Assembly: GCA_051294375.1 (NCBI GenBank)
Contig: CM119267.1
Coordinates: 14,439,694-14,503,693, forward strand
Direction of reading: 5' to 3'
DNA: 64,000 bases
Origin: Paraspadella gotoi
Lineage: Eukaryota; Animalia; Chaetognatha
Below, piece after piece: positions 1 through 11,425 of the stretch; positions within the stretch are counted from its first letter, which is position 1; the number at the start of each line of letters is the position of its first letter. Made by a program: the position numbers and the translations under genes. Below the pieces are notes generated by a model. The model saw only the letters and a list, made by a program, of their open reading frames with translations. It made no database searches and had not been told where the DNA came from.

Positions 1-610
1 CGGAAATGCAGAAAATCGTCGAGAAGTAGCTTTTTTACCTTCAGTTCTATTTGTAGACATTGTGTAATCCTTTCGTTTTCGTTGTAGTAATGTTTTGCGG
101 AAAAGATTTGGATTTTGACAACGATTTTTCGGCTTTAGATATTCAAGCCTTCATCAGCATACACAATTTGTGAAAAGTTATTAAATATATTTGTCTTAAA
201 TAAACAACTTTAAGCAAACAATGTCGGATCTGCCTACAATAATTAAGCGGTAATCTGCTAATCAGATGATAAATCGCGATAATTTTTTTCAATTTGAGAT
301 CATTACTGATCATACCATGCAATACCATCATTTTTTTTAACTCGCATATTTTTTTCACCTCGCAATCAGCCAATCCATCATTTAATTTCAGTGAGAGAGA
401 GAGAGAAAGAAACTTATAACAACTTCAAGTGAATGACTTTTTTTTTCCATTTCCGCTCGCAAGATTCTATCAAAACTTTATATCTCGCTAAATCACACAC
501 TTTTCTTCTGGCATACAAAGTTTTATCATGATTTATGAAACAAATTTTAAATAGTTAAAACATTTATGAGTAAGCATATATAATACAAATTCATGTCAAC
601 TTTACATACT

Positions 611-1960
611 CACGGTAGGGCAGAGAGGATGTGAAAGAAACAAAAAAAGTGCCATCTATGAAACCTCTAAAATCTTTGAGTATACCCATAAGACTCTTAA
701 TGTGGAAGGTCACAAAATCCGATCAAGGCAGTATAACTAATTTTAAAAAATAAATAATATAAAATTTTAATTAAAAGTAAATCATAAATACTATTTTTTA
801 TGAAAAATATGTTTATTTAAAACTTAATCTCAAATAAAATAACAGGTAAATATTATCTGAATACTTCTCAACATCATATCCTGCTTTTAATATTAATTAT
901 ATTTTTATTATTTAACAAAAAACATTTTTTATTTCAAAATTATACTATTATAATCGCTCCTTAAATATTTAATATGTATTATTAATGGAAAAACGCTCAA
1001 ATATATTAACTAATATAATGAATTAACTAACTAGAATAAAGTATATATTAATAATTGTATTTTGACTTTCTTTTTTGCTATTTAAAATAGTTTAGAGATG
1101 AAACGAAAAATTCGTTGTAATAGCAATTTTATTTTATTATTGTACCTGTTTCGACTCTAAGTATTATGAGTCTTCATCAGCAAGTGAATTCAATAAACCA
1201 AAATTTTTTAAAACATATAGTTGAGAGAGAGAGAGAGTTTCCAACAAAGAATTGAGCAATGATAGTGGTCAGATGTGAGGACAGGTGAAAGTAGGGAAAG
1301 AGAGACAAATTATTTTTGAAATTGGTGAAAAAGAAGAGAGAGAGAGAGAGACATAGGATCAATACATTAGGCAATGTACAACAGTGAAAAATTTTAGAAA
1401 ATAAATATTTAGTTTTTTTTTTTAAATTTATTATTGTACATGTTTCGACTCTTAGGTATTACAGAAGATACATTACAACAGACAGTGAATTCAATAAACC
1501 AACATTTTTTAAAACATTAGTTTGAGAGAGAGAGAGAGAGTTTCCAACAAAGAATTGAGCATGTGATAGTGGTCAGATGTGAGGACAGGTGAAAGTAGGG
1601 AAAGAGAGAGCAAATTATTTTTGAAATTGGTAAAAAGAAAGAGAGAGAGAGAGAGAGAGACATAGGGATCAATACATTAGGCAATGTACAACAGTGAAAA
1701 ATTTTTAGAAAAAACTAAATATTTAACATTTGTTACTTATGCCTTGTAAATAATGATAGACATATAGATATTCTAATTGTAAGCATATTAATTAAAACTA
1801 TTAAATTATTTTTTATCAAATTTAAAAAACTTTAATTAGCATTTAAAAAAATCCTGCCTTTATTGGATTTTGCTGACCTACCTTATGTGTCTATAAGATT
1901 TTATAGGCTTCAGAGATAGTACTTTTTTTGTTTCTTTCACATCCTCTCTGCCCTTCCGTG
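611..1960. mobile_element. Non-autonomous DNA transposon with CAC...GTG termini (Chapaev/CMC-like)
   Basis: Long imperfect TIRs cacggtagggcagagaggatgtgaaagaaacaaaaaaagt (611) and actttttttgtttctttcacatcctctctgcccttccgtg (ends 1960), flanked by TACT on both sides (4-bp TSD). Superfamily assignment is inferred from the termini and TSD length. Confidence 0.75.
1128..1725. repeat. ~300-bp direct duplication with (GA)n tracts inside the TIR element
   Basis: ~1130-1410 is repeated at ~1428-1725 (gtttcgactct...gtgaattcaataaacc...gatagtggtcagatgtgaggacaggtgaaagtaggg...caatacattaggcaatgtacaacagtgaaaa). Confidence 0.85.
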
Positions 1961-2521
1961 TACTACTACTTAGAGTAATTATGGGTTGAATTTAGTAAAC
2001 TCATTTCCAGTCGCTCGATTCCATCGAAACTTTAAATCTAGCTCAATCATCCACTTTCTTTACCACACGCCAAATTTCATTCCGATGCATCCATCCAATC
2101 ACGAGTAATTAATTTTTTTTGCTAAGGGGGGACGGACGGACAGACAGACCGACGGACATTTTTTTGCATAATTTATCATAATTCGATGTTCTGACATGAT
2201 TTAAATGAATGAAAGTTAAGATTGAAGGGGAGACCGACTGACCGACAAAGTGGATTATAGAGTCGGGATCTGCTGATAAGCAGATCCGACTATTTAAATT
2301 CGTTGTCAAAACTCAAATATTTTCTGCTAAGTTCTATTTGTATACAACTATTAATGTGATTAGATTCTGATGCTGTTTTTATTGTCGCCTTTTTATTTTA
2401 TAGACGACGCAAAGAGCCTTTTTGCCTGCGTCTTTAGGTTTTTCAATGAAGAAAACTGAGGGACAAAATAAACGAAAACAAAATTACGCAATCATATCCC
2501 TTTAGTCAAAATTAATAAAAA

Positions 2522-3596
2522 ATGAATGAGTTGATGATATCGACGAACTTGCCGCCGAACGGAAAAGACTCAAAGAGCGATATTGCTGACGGTTGTGCTT
2601 ACCCCGCTTCTCGACCTCTTGTCTTGTGTGGCCCGTCGGGATGTGGCAAATCCACAATACTCAAAGCCGTCATGTCACATCCGCAATATAAAGTAATTAT
2701 TCTTTTAAAACAATTTTATATTTTTTCTGCGAAAACCATATAAATTTAAATTCTACATAACTTGTTTAACTTCGCAAGAAATTACTCTCTCCACATTTTA
2801 TTGCAGGATCGTTTGGGCTTCAGCGTCTCCCACACAACAAGAAAGCCTCGTCCCGGTGAACAGCACGGGCGCGAATATTACTTTACCGATAGGCATTGCA
2901 TGTTAAGAGACATCGAGGCGGGGTTGTTTATCGAATCGGCCGAGTTTTCCGGAAATCTCTATGGAACGAGCAAGGTAAGGATTTTAACTTTGAGGGCCGA
3001 GAAGCTTTTCAGCGAGTAGAACCGGGTGATTCGTTCTAGCTCCGTCTCAGGAATCGGTGAAGCGTTGCCAAAATGACGGAAAAATCTGCGTCTTGGACAT
3101 AGACGCCCAAGGTGTTCGTCTTCTCAAGAAAGTGCCGAATCTCGATCCTCTTTACGTTTTTATCAAACCTCCGAACGTTGAGACGCTGGAAAATCGCCTT
3201 CGAGGCCGGAACACTGAAACCGAGGAGTCCATCCGGCGCCGTCTCCACATTGCCGAGGTCGAGATGTCCTTCGGCGAGGAACCGGGTGTTTTCGACGAGG
3301 TCATCGTCAACGATTCGCTGGACGTCGCCGTCGAGCGACTCAAGGCCGTCGTCGACCGGTGCGACAACGGAGGCGGCCCCGATGTCTCGAACGGCGTTGA
3401 CCCCGTGGTGAAGGAAGAAATCGGACACGGCGTCGCTGAAAAAAACGGGAGCGGCGACGTAGTTGTCAAAAACGGATTCGTGAGTCCAGAAAAGGGCGTT
3501 GCATTTAGTTTCGGGATCAACGGTCATGTTCCCGCGAAGAAAGCCAAACCGTCCACGGAATCGTCGAGAGATTCAACGCCGGGAGTTGAACGTTGA
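2522..3596 (+). CDS. GUK1: Guanylate kinase (exons 2522-2692, 2807-2974, 3051-3596)
   Basis: P-loop [54 protein letters not shown]; GT-AG introns keep the frame. Confidence 0.95.
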
Positions 3597-4376
3597 TCTC
3601 GTATACGCACTTTTTTTCCGAACTCATTTTGGAGTCGTGCGTCCGTATCAGCTCTACGTATATTATTTGGTTCGACTTTCAATTCTCTCGATCGCAGCAG
3701 TCTTCAATTCTGGCACTCCAATTATATTAGTTGGTTATAATATATATATATATAATATAGTATAATAGTATATTATATTATTTAAGATTTAATTTTTTCA
3801 TTTTTGAAAACATTGAAGAACTGTAACTAGTATTTATTATAATTATTATTGAAAACTATATTTAATGAAAATATGAAATGGTTATTCATTGGAGAAATCC
3901 CAAAATATTATTTCTATAAAAAAATTTCTAAGAATTTTTATTTATTGGAAAAAAAAATTGCCTCGTGAAGGATTGATCTAAAATTATGCGCTTTTTAATA
4001 CGACAGAACTTTTTTTTTTGTGAAAAAAATGTTAACTTCGGACGCACGAATCTGACTTAGATTTAAGATTTTTTATTTAGTAACTTATTTGAAAATAGAT
4101 CTGACGACATAGCATATTTAATATGTAATTTCCCGTGATTCGTGCTCTTTTTGTCTGACGGGAAAATTTTTAGATTTTTCTGTTTTGCTATGCATATATT
4201 TTGGTGACAAGTTTACACAATACATCTCTCAAACATTACCAGCACTTTATTATTGTCTTTGACTCGTGTTTGGGTATTGTCTAATACATCGCTTAAGTTT
4301 TTGTACGAGGTAACGTCTTCCGGAGATTGGATCATTAAACGATATCTATTTTTCTTAGGCTTTTTGACAGATAAAA

Positions 4377-5190
4377 ATGGCGAGTCAGTCGGCGGGAATT
4401 CAACAGTTGTTGGTTGCAGAAAAAAAGGCAGCGGAAAAGGTTGCCGACGCACGGAAAAGGAAAGCCAAACGATTGAAGCAGGCCAAAGAAGAGGCCCAGG
4501 CTGAAATTGAAGGCTATAGGTTATAATTTTTAAAAAAACTTGTAAATTTCCAATATCAATCATTCCATTTGCGACCTTCATTAAATTATTCACCGGGGCT
4601 TGTAAATTTTAGAAAAGAACGCGAGACGGCTTACAAAAGCAACGAAGCTCGCCACATGGGTTCACGCGGCGACCTGCAGGCCAGGATCGACCAGAACACT
4701 CAGGCCACGTTAAAGGAGATAGATAGAAATATGAGAGGTGAGTTTGTTTTTAAAGGGTGTAGTATGGCAACAGCCGGGTTGCCTGTGATGCCCATTGGGA
4801 TGGGGCATCTCACTGTTGGCTTTGGGGGCTTCCGACCCTCAGTGACGCCTCCAGTCACTGGCGCGGTTACACTAGGACGGTCTCGCTTTGCCAACGCAGA
4901 GGGAAGTCGTTAGGACTGTGGATGGAACACTACGCTTGGGATGGTGTGTTCCCCCTCTGAGCCAATGGATTTGGCTGAAGGATGGTGGACGTGAGGCGGT
5001 GTGAATATACCGCCACAGTAGATTTTTTTTTAAATACCTATATTTCTTGTCATCTTGCTATTTTTACCTTTTACACTTTTAACTAGCCAACAAAGAAGTG
5101 GTTCTGCAGAATCTCCTCAGTCTCGTCATCGACGTCACGCCCGAGCTCCACGTCAATCAGAAGCTCGCTATTCAGAGAGAAAACGCTTGA
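4377..5190 (+). CDS. ATP6V1G: V-type ATPase subunit G (exons 4377-4519, 4613-4737, 5087-5190)
   Basis: Not in the ORF track as a unit. Translates [48 protein letters not shown]...[14 protein letters not shown], the V1G signature. Confidence 0.95.
4755..5020 (+). ncRNA. Candidate structured intronic ncRNA of unknown family (ATP6V1G intron 2)
   Basis: GC-rich island in an otherwise AT-rich intron with many hairpins (ggcaac/gttgcc, tgccc/gggca, cagtgac/gtcactg, gttggc/gccaac, cagaggg/ccctctg enclosing two stems, agccaa/ttggct, ggcggtgt/ataccgcc), followed by ACA and a T-run; G-U pairs favour the + strand. Confidence 0.6.
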
Positions 5191-5937
5191 TCGCTTTCTT
5201 CAAAGCGACCCCATCAACAAAGAACGTCTACAAGTATTTTAGAAAAATTTAAGGTTAATTATAGTGATTTGTGATTCGTCCGTGAATTCTTACATTTCCT
5301 TTCGAGATTATAACTTATGGTATTATTGTTTTATTCGCACCTACTAAAAAAATATAATAAACTTTTAAAGGATGCTGTTCAAAAGCTTTGGTCGAACGTA
5401 TCAATTTTACGTCTGTTTTGTGAGCTATTGCCTTTGTTCTTGGATTTTTTTGGTGAAAACATTTTTCTTTATTTAATATATTTATTTATGCTGTCGTGCA
5501 ATTTTAATTAAATTAACTTAAATGTTAATAATGATCTCAATGTGTCTTACTGGTTCTTTGGGCAACAACAACGCTGTAGCGACTTGATGAAAAGTGGTTC
5601 TTAAAAATACATCCAGAAAACAGGTCATTCCACCGATTAATTACATTCGAGTTTTTTAAAACAGTCAATACAGTTAATTATGGAATCAGTATGATAATTA
5701 TAAACAATCGAAATTCCATCTGAGGTTGTTTTTTTTTTTTTTTTTGTCTTTTTTTACCATTAAAAATTTGTTTTTAGCGCTCATGCTTGTCCCGTGGACG
5801 TAAATTTATCCTCACTCATACTATATACACTCTCATTCCCTTTATTAGTTTTTACTAATGTGGTGTATTATTTTATATTGGTCTACTACAACAAGTATAT
5901 TTACTTTATTCTAATTAGGTTTAAACAGGACAGAAAA

Positions 5938-7122
5938 ATGACTGTCTCCAACAAGAAACTTGCTAAGCTTCTCGAAAAGGGACGCTTGACAAAAATCAAA
6001 CGTTATCTGAAATATCGCGAGTTCAAACTGTTGCAGGACGATCCCTCACTGAGTGCTGGTGACGCTTGGATGGAAGAGATTAAAGTGAGAAGCCGACGAC
6101 ACAATTACGGCAACGAGACTCACCTGTTTCACCTCACCGCGTCGATTGGTGACGAACGAGTTTTGCGTCACTTACTCAAATTAGGATTCGGGCGACGACT
6201 CGGCGCTCAACCTCAAAAAGGCGACCAAAACACCCCTCTCCATTTGGTCGTTCGACGATGTCGAGCCACGCTGAAATCTCGCGGTTCCAAGGCCGCCATC
6301 GAAGACTTTCAGGACTTTGTGAAGCCCGTTCTGGATGCTTGCCCGGAAGCTTTAACCGTTAAGAATCAGTTAGGCGAATCGGGCGCGATAGTCCTACAAG
6401 AGTTACAATCGGAGATAGCAGAGTCAGACAACGGTAATCGAAATGAACGTCTTGACTCAATAGTCAACAACGAAAATGACGACGACGAATTCGAGCGGAT
6501 GTGGAGACAAAAACTGGAAGATGAATGCGTCTTTGAATTCGCGGAAAATTCCGGAAGATATTTCAACGAAGATTACGAAGACGGAGAGAGAAGAGAAACT
6601 TTCGCCGAATTCGCTGACAGGATCGAGAGGGAATGCCGACAAAAGTATCTTCGCCATTCTGGGACGAGGCGGGCCGATTCACGGTCAGAGAGCGCTAGTG
6701 GGTCAAACATCGAACGTCCTCCGAACAAACTTGGAAAACCTCTCGATCCTGAAAGACAAAAGCAATACGAGGAAATGAAGAAAATTATTAAATTGAAAAA
6801 CGCTAAGTTGGACTATGAAAAGAAATGGGATGACTTTGGTCGGAGGAACAATGGGGAAGAGTTGTCCTTTGCTGATTTGCCGTGGCCGCTTCCAGTTGAT
6901 GAAAAATACGGAGCCACAAGAATTCTTGTTCGCGAGATGGTAGAGGTATGCGTCTTCGTCGTTAACGAGGTGGACAGGGAACGGGAAAGGAGGCTTCAGT
7001 TGAAACGCTGGCACCCCGATAAGATCGCGCAAAAATTTTCCCTACGTTCGGCGGATTCGCAGTTTGTTCTAAATTTATCCAAGGAACTGGTGCAAGCTTT
7101 AAACTCACTTAAACATGATTGA
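5938..7122 (+). CDS. NFKBIL1: NF-kappa-B inhibitor-like protein 1 (single exon)
   Basis: Ankyrin-like repeats (ETHLFHLTA, NTPLHL), WRQKLEDEC, ETFAEFADRIERE, LSFADLPWP and C-terminal RWHPDK; acceptor ctaattag at 5918 precedes ATG 5938. Confidence 0.85.
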   Translation: MTVSNKKLAKLLEKGRLTKIKRYLKYREFKLLQDDPSLSAGDAWMEEIKVRSRRHNYGNETHLFHLTASIGDERVLRHLLKLGFGRRLGAQPQKGDQNTPLHLVVRRCRATLKSRGSKAAIEDFQDFVKPVLDACPEALTVKNQLGESGAIVLQELQSEIAESDNGNRNERLDSIVNNENDDDEFERMWRQKLEDECVFEFAENSGRYFNEDYEDGERRETFAEFADRIERECRQKYLRHSGTRRADSRSESASGSNIERPPNKLGKPLDPERQKQYEEMKKIIKLKNAKLDYEKKWDDFGRRNNGEELSFADLPWPLPVDEKYGATRILVREMVEVCVFVVNEVDRERERRLQLKRWHPDKIAQKFSLRSADSQFVLNLSKELVQALNSLKHD

Positions 7123-7249
7123 TTAACCCTAATTTCTGTCCCAAATGTAGCTTGTAGGTTCCTATATGTTACCGTATTTAAACTTTGACCTTATTTTAAC
7201 TTGAAGGCATTTACGCGAGGTACTTAAAATATTCGTACGTCGCGTCGCC

Positions 7250-9469
7250 ATGGAATTCGTGGACAAAATTAAAATAAACCGCGTTAACAACGTGGTGCTT
7301 GTCAGCTGTTCGCCGGCTACGTCTGGCGTCTACAGCGCGGACAACGCCGCCTCCGGTGACGACGAAATCGCCTCGGCTCCATCTCAGAGCCCGAACGACC
7401 TTCAGTCATGGTCGGGAAAGCGTCTCGAAGGTACGCTCGTTCTTACGAGCCATCATCTTCTTCTGAGCTCCACCGCCGAAGAACGAGAGCGTGAGGAGAT
7501 TTGGCTGCTTCACTCCAACATCGACGTCGTCGAGATACGCTCGCCGAGTGTCGGCGGTAATCCTACCGCAGGAAGCAGCGCAGTCGTTGGTGGAAGCGGT
7601 TCCTCCACTCCCACTCAAACTCGTATGACTCGTTCGGCCAACAGCGCCGCTAGCAGGATCGGTGCGATGGCCTCGGCCGTTGCCAACCAGTACAACCTAG
7701 CGATGCAAAATTCCCACGGTCAGACTCCGTCCAACGCCTCTATAAACGACGGAGATTCATCCATTGGTGTTCCTTACGACGTTTCGATGGTTTCAGCGAT
7801 AACCACCGTCGCTGCCGTTTCTATGGTTACAGTGCCAAACTTTCACATTTTGATTCGCTGCAAGAGCCTTCAAACCCTCCGGCTTTCTTTTAAAAATCCC
7901 GTGGAAGCCAGAAAGGTCTACGAGAGTCTATATGAGTTGTCGACACTACCGCAAACCTACACGGAATCCCTTTATCCCTTCTATCATCGACCCACCCTGG
8001 AGATGGTGGAGGACGGTTGGCTAATGTTCGAACTGGAGCAAGAGTACTCACGTCTCGTACTCTCGGCTTCGGATGCTTGGCGCCCTTCCCGAATCAACCA
8101 TTCGTTCAGGGTGACGCCTACCTATCCCCGGGTCGTCCTTGTGCCCAAATCAATCGACGATGAATCCATCCTCAAAATTGCAAAGTTCCGCCAGCACGCA
8201 CGTTTTCCCGTTCTCAGTTATTTTCACAAACCTTCGCAGATGGTAATCTTGCGCTCTGGTCAGCCTCTCACGGGTCCCAATATCAATCGACGGTGTAAAG
8301 AAGACGAACGGTTCCTAAATGCGGCGCTGCCGCGTAATTCCCGCCGCGGTTATGTGATTGATACGCGCAGCCCCGCAGCTGTCAAGGCCGCTCAGGCCAA
8401 AGGGGGCGGGATAGAACCGGAGGCGCACTACCCTCAATGGAAGAAGATTCATGGCTGTATGGAGCGGCCACAGTCGCTAAATGAATCCTACTCCAAGATG
8501 GTAGAGGCCTGCGCAGACACCAGTGGAGGGTCTTTTCTGTCGCGCGTTAACGATTCCGGCTGGCTGGGTCACGTAAAAGAATTGTTACGCCTGTCTTGTC
8601 TAGTTGCACAGTGTGTTGCTCAGGAAAACGCATGCGTTCTCGTTCACGGGACTGAGGGATTGGATACGACATTGCAAGTCAGTATTTATCATCGTTTAGA
8701 TTTTAAATCAAGGAATTGTTTGTTTTTTTTAATATTAAATTTCACAATACTTGTAAACGTTCACTTTTAGGTGACTTCATTGGCTCAAATCCTCCTAAAC
8801 CACGACAACCGTACTATCCGCGGCTTTGAGGCTCTCATCACTCGCGAATGGCTCGCATTCGGCCATCCGTTTCGCGATCGTCACCAACGCGGTCCTTTCG
8901 CCGTGGCGTCGTCCGTAGGAGGACCGGGTTCCGGCGGGGGAGAGGCTCCCTCGTTTCTTCTTTTTCTCGATTGCGTCCACCAGATTCACCGTCACCATCC
9001 GTGCGCCTTTGAGTTCACCGAGGAGTTTCTCATTGAAATTTTTGAGCATTCCTACTCTTCTAAGTTCGGGACTTTTCTCGGCAACAGCGAGAAGGATCGC
9101 ACCGACCGCGACTTCGCTTCGAGAACCGTGTCCCTCTGGTCGTACCTCAACCACCATACCGTCCTCCCGCCCTTCATCAATCCGTTGTATGAGCCCAACC
9201 AAAACGTGATATGGGCTTCGGTAGCACCGCAGTCTCTACGTGTATGGTACGGGCTCTTCTGTCGGTGGCAGCTCAACCTGAAGCCTGCCCAGGACATGTG
9301 GACCGAGGTTCGAAGCATGAAGGCGAAGGAGCAGGAGGCACGTACGGAAGTTTTGAGACTCAGGAAGGAACTGGCCGAGTTGGTGAAGGAGGCGCTTAAT
9401 GAAGGGATCTTGGATGAGGGGTTTCCAAGTGGCGCTTCGATCGAACGCGCCAATCAGATCGTTGCCTGA
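7250..9469 (+). CDS. MTMR9: Myotubularin-related protein 9, pseudophosphatase (exons 7250-8677, 8771-9469)
   Basis: PH-GRAM region with a low-complexity insertion, PTYPRVVLVPK, RFPVLSYFH, inactive site VLVHGTEGLDTTLQVTSLAQI, FGHPFRDR, C-terminal coiled coil. Confidence 0.92.
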
Positions 9470-9698
9470 ATTTTTTATACTATTTTTATAAAATGTTTTC
9501 TGTGAAAACCGTCCCCCTCCCGCTGTCTAATCTATTGTTGGAAGAAGAAACAAAAAATCATATCCCAACCTCTCCCTCCCAAACCAATTTTTGGTGATTC
9601 CGTAATTCTAGTCGCATTCTCTTTTACTTAATGTTGAATTTTTTCTTATTATATATTAGTTTTCAACCAAAAAAGCGCTTCCAAAAACAAAAATTATA

Positions 9699-11316
9699 AT
9701 GGATAAGATATGCTCGAACTCTTGGGTTGTCATAAGAAGAGAGAAGAACATGAAGTTGATCCACATAAAACCTAAGCAAAGAGAATATATCGCCAGGATT
9801 CCCTTTACCTTTGAGGGTGCTATTGGCCACAACTTCGGTACCTCTTTTGAAATTGTCAAAGGTCAATTAATGAAGGCCGATCCAAAAACTCTATTGAATA
9901 AAGTGACAGGTACTTGAAGCATTAATATTGTGTTCGATGTTAACTTTGTGTGAAGTCGCATGATTCTTCTCAGAAAAAGAAGACGCTCCTTTGGCGGAAG
10001 AGACGGTGACCAACGGCGAAGAGAAGGAGGAGGCTCTACCCGTTGACAACAGAAACCTTCATGATCGGGATGACAACCAACGCCTCGGCCGCGACGACAT
10101 CGAAGAGATGCGAGCGCGAGGCGCACGTGGTCACGAGATTGTCGGAGAGTTGGTCAGCAACAGCCTCACTTTCAAAGAAAAGACGGAGTATTCGCGGGCC
10201 AAATATGTAGACCGCAAGAAGAAGAAGCACTTTTCGCTACTCACTATCCTCAAGCCGTCCACGCGAATTCTTTGCGAAATGTACTACTCAAAGGGTCCGG
10301 CTAAACTTTGCGGACTCCGTCTAGACAGCCTGACGCAGATGCTGCTGCACGCCAACGTTCGTGCCGGCGCTCAACTCATGGTGGTGGAATCCGCCCTTGG
10401 CATGGTGCTTGGCGCCGTCATGGAACGCATGGGCGGAGATGGGGCGCTTGTTCACCTTTTCGGCGGTTCGGCTCCTCAGAAACCTGCCTATTTTGGTTAC
10501 AATTTTCCGGAGAGTTTTCACGAGATCTATTACGAGTTTCCACTGTCCCGCGTCGTCCAGTTGTTTCGGCATTACGATAAGGACTTGAATGAAATGGAGA
10601 CGGAACCTAAACCAGTTGGAGATGTGGGGCAGAGGGCGTTGGATTCCGAAAATAATCTCAGTGAAGAAAGGGGGCTTGAATCTGTCGAAGAGAATATCCT
10701 CGGAGAAGAAACTGTGGAATCTAATGGGTCGTGTCCCGACAAAGAAGAATGGACGCAATCGAAATCCAAAAACGTTCTCGAGGAAGACGATTCATGCGAT
10801 AACCGCCCTTTAGATTTAACCGAAGAAAAAAATAGCGTCGGAGAATCGACTACGGAGTCCTTGGAGAAGCAGAGATTTGACGGCGAAGACGCGAACATTC
10901 CCACCGCGGAAAACCGCGACTCGGACGGTCAGCCTCCCAGAAAAAAATTTAGATTCAACCAGGAGTCTGAGAAGAAAAGAAAGTGTAGAGTAGAGAAGCA
11001 AAATTCGGCCAAGGAGCTCATGCGTCAAAGAAAAATGGACGGGCTGATTTTTTGTTCCAAATATCATCCAACGCCTATTGTCGTCAAACTGATCGAACTG
11101 ATCGCTCCTTCTCGACCACTGGTTGTTTTCAATCAATTCAGGGAACCCCTCATCGACCTATACAACAACCTGAAAACGTCCGGGAAAGCAGTCAATCTCA
11201 AGTTGTCCGAGTCATGGATGCGCGAGTACCAGGTGCTACCCGGCAGAACTCGCCCCATGATGCAGATGAGCGGCGGGGGCGGATTTTTGCTCACTGGTTT
11301 TGTCGTCGAACCTTGA
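9699..11316 (+). CDS. TRMT6: tRNA m1A58 methyltransferase non-catalytic subunit (exons 9699-9909, 9974-11316)
   Basis: GHNFGTSFEI, DNRNL...NQRL, FKEKTEYSRAKY, LRLDSLTQML, SESWMREYQVLPGRTRPMMQMSGGGGFLLTG. Confidence 0.95.
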
Positions 11317-11425
11317 ATTTCACTGTTCTACTCGAATTATTGTGATAAACTTGCAACTTTATACGATATTTCGATTATTTTTTGTTACTTTTCAAGAGGT
11401 TTTAACTTTTGGTAAAATCGGTTCC

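Larger units (their letters stand above)
430..2292 (-). mobile_element. HINE/DINE-1-like non-autonomous element (family B), interrupted by the 611-1960 TIR element
   Basis: Reverse complement of ~1990-2292 matches 37221-37500 (terminal hairpin agtcggatctgcttatNagcagatNccgact, GTCY microsatellite, gaaattt core); ~440-540 matches the second internal repeat unit of that copy. The left boundary is approximate. Confidence 0.6.

Noticed and set aside
4755-5020. Identification as telomerase RNA, RNase P/MRP, SRP, 7SK or U17
   Set aside because: No CCCUAA/CCUAA template, no CR-V motif, no SRP helix-8 motif despite an Alu-like hairpin-UGUGA-hairpin start, no GAUC pair and no U17 m1/m2 motifs. Left unassigned.
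8630-8677. Missing catalytic CX5R in the myotubularin
   Set aside because: Expected for MTMR9, a known pseudophosphatase.
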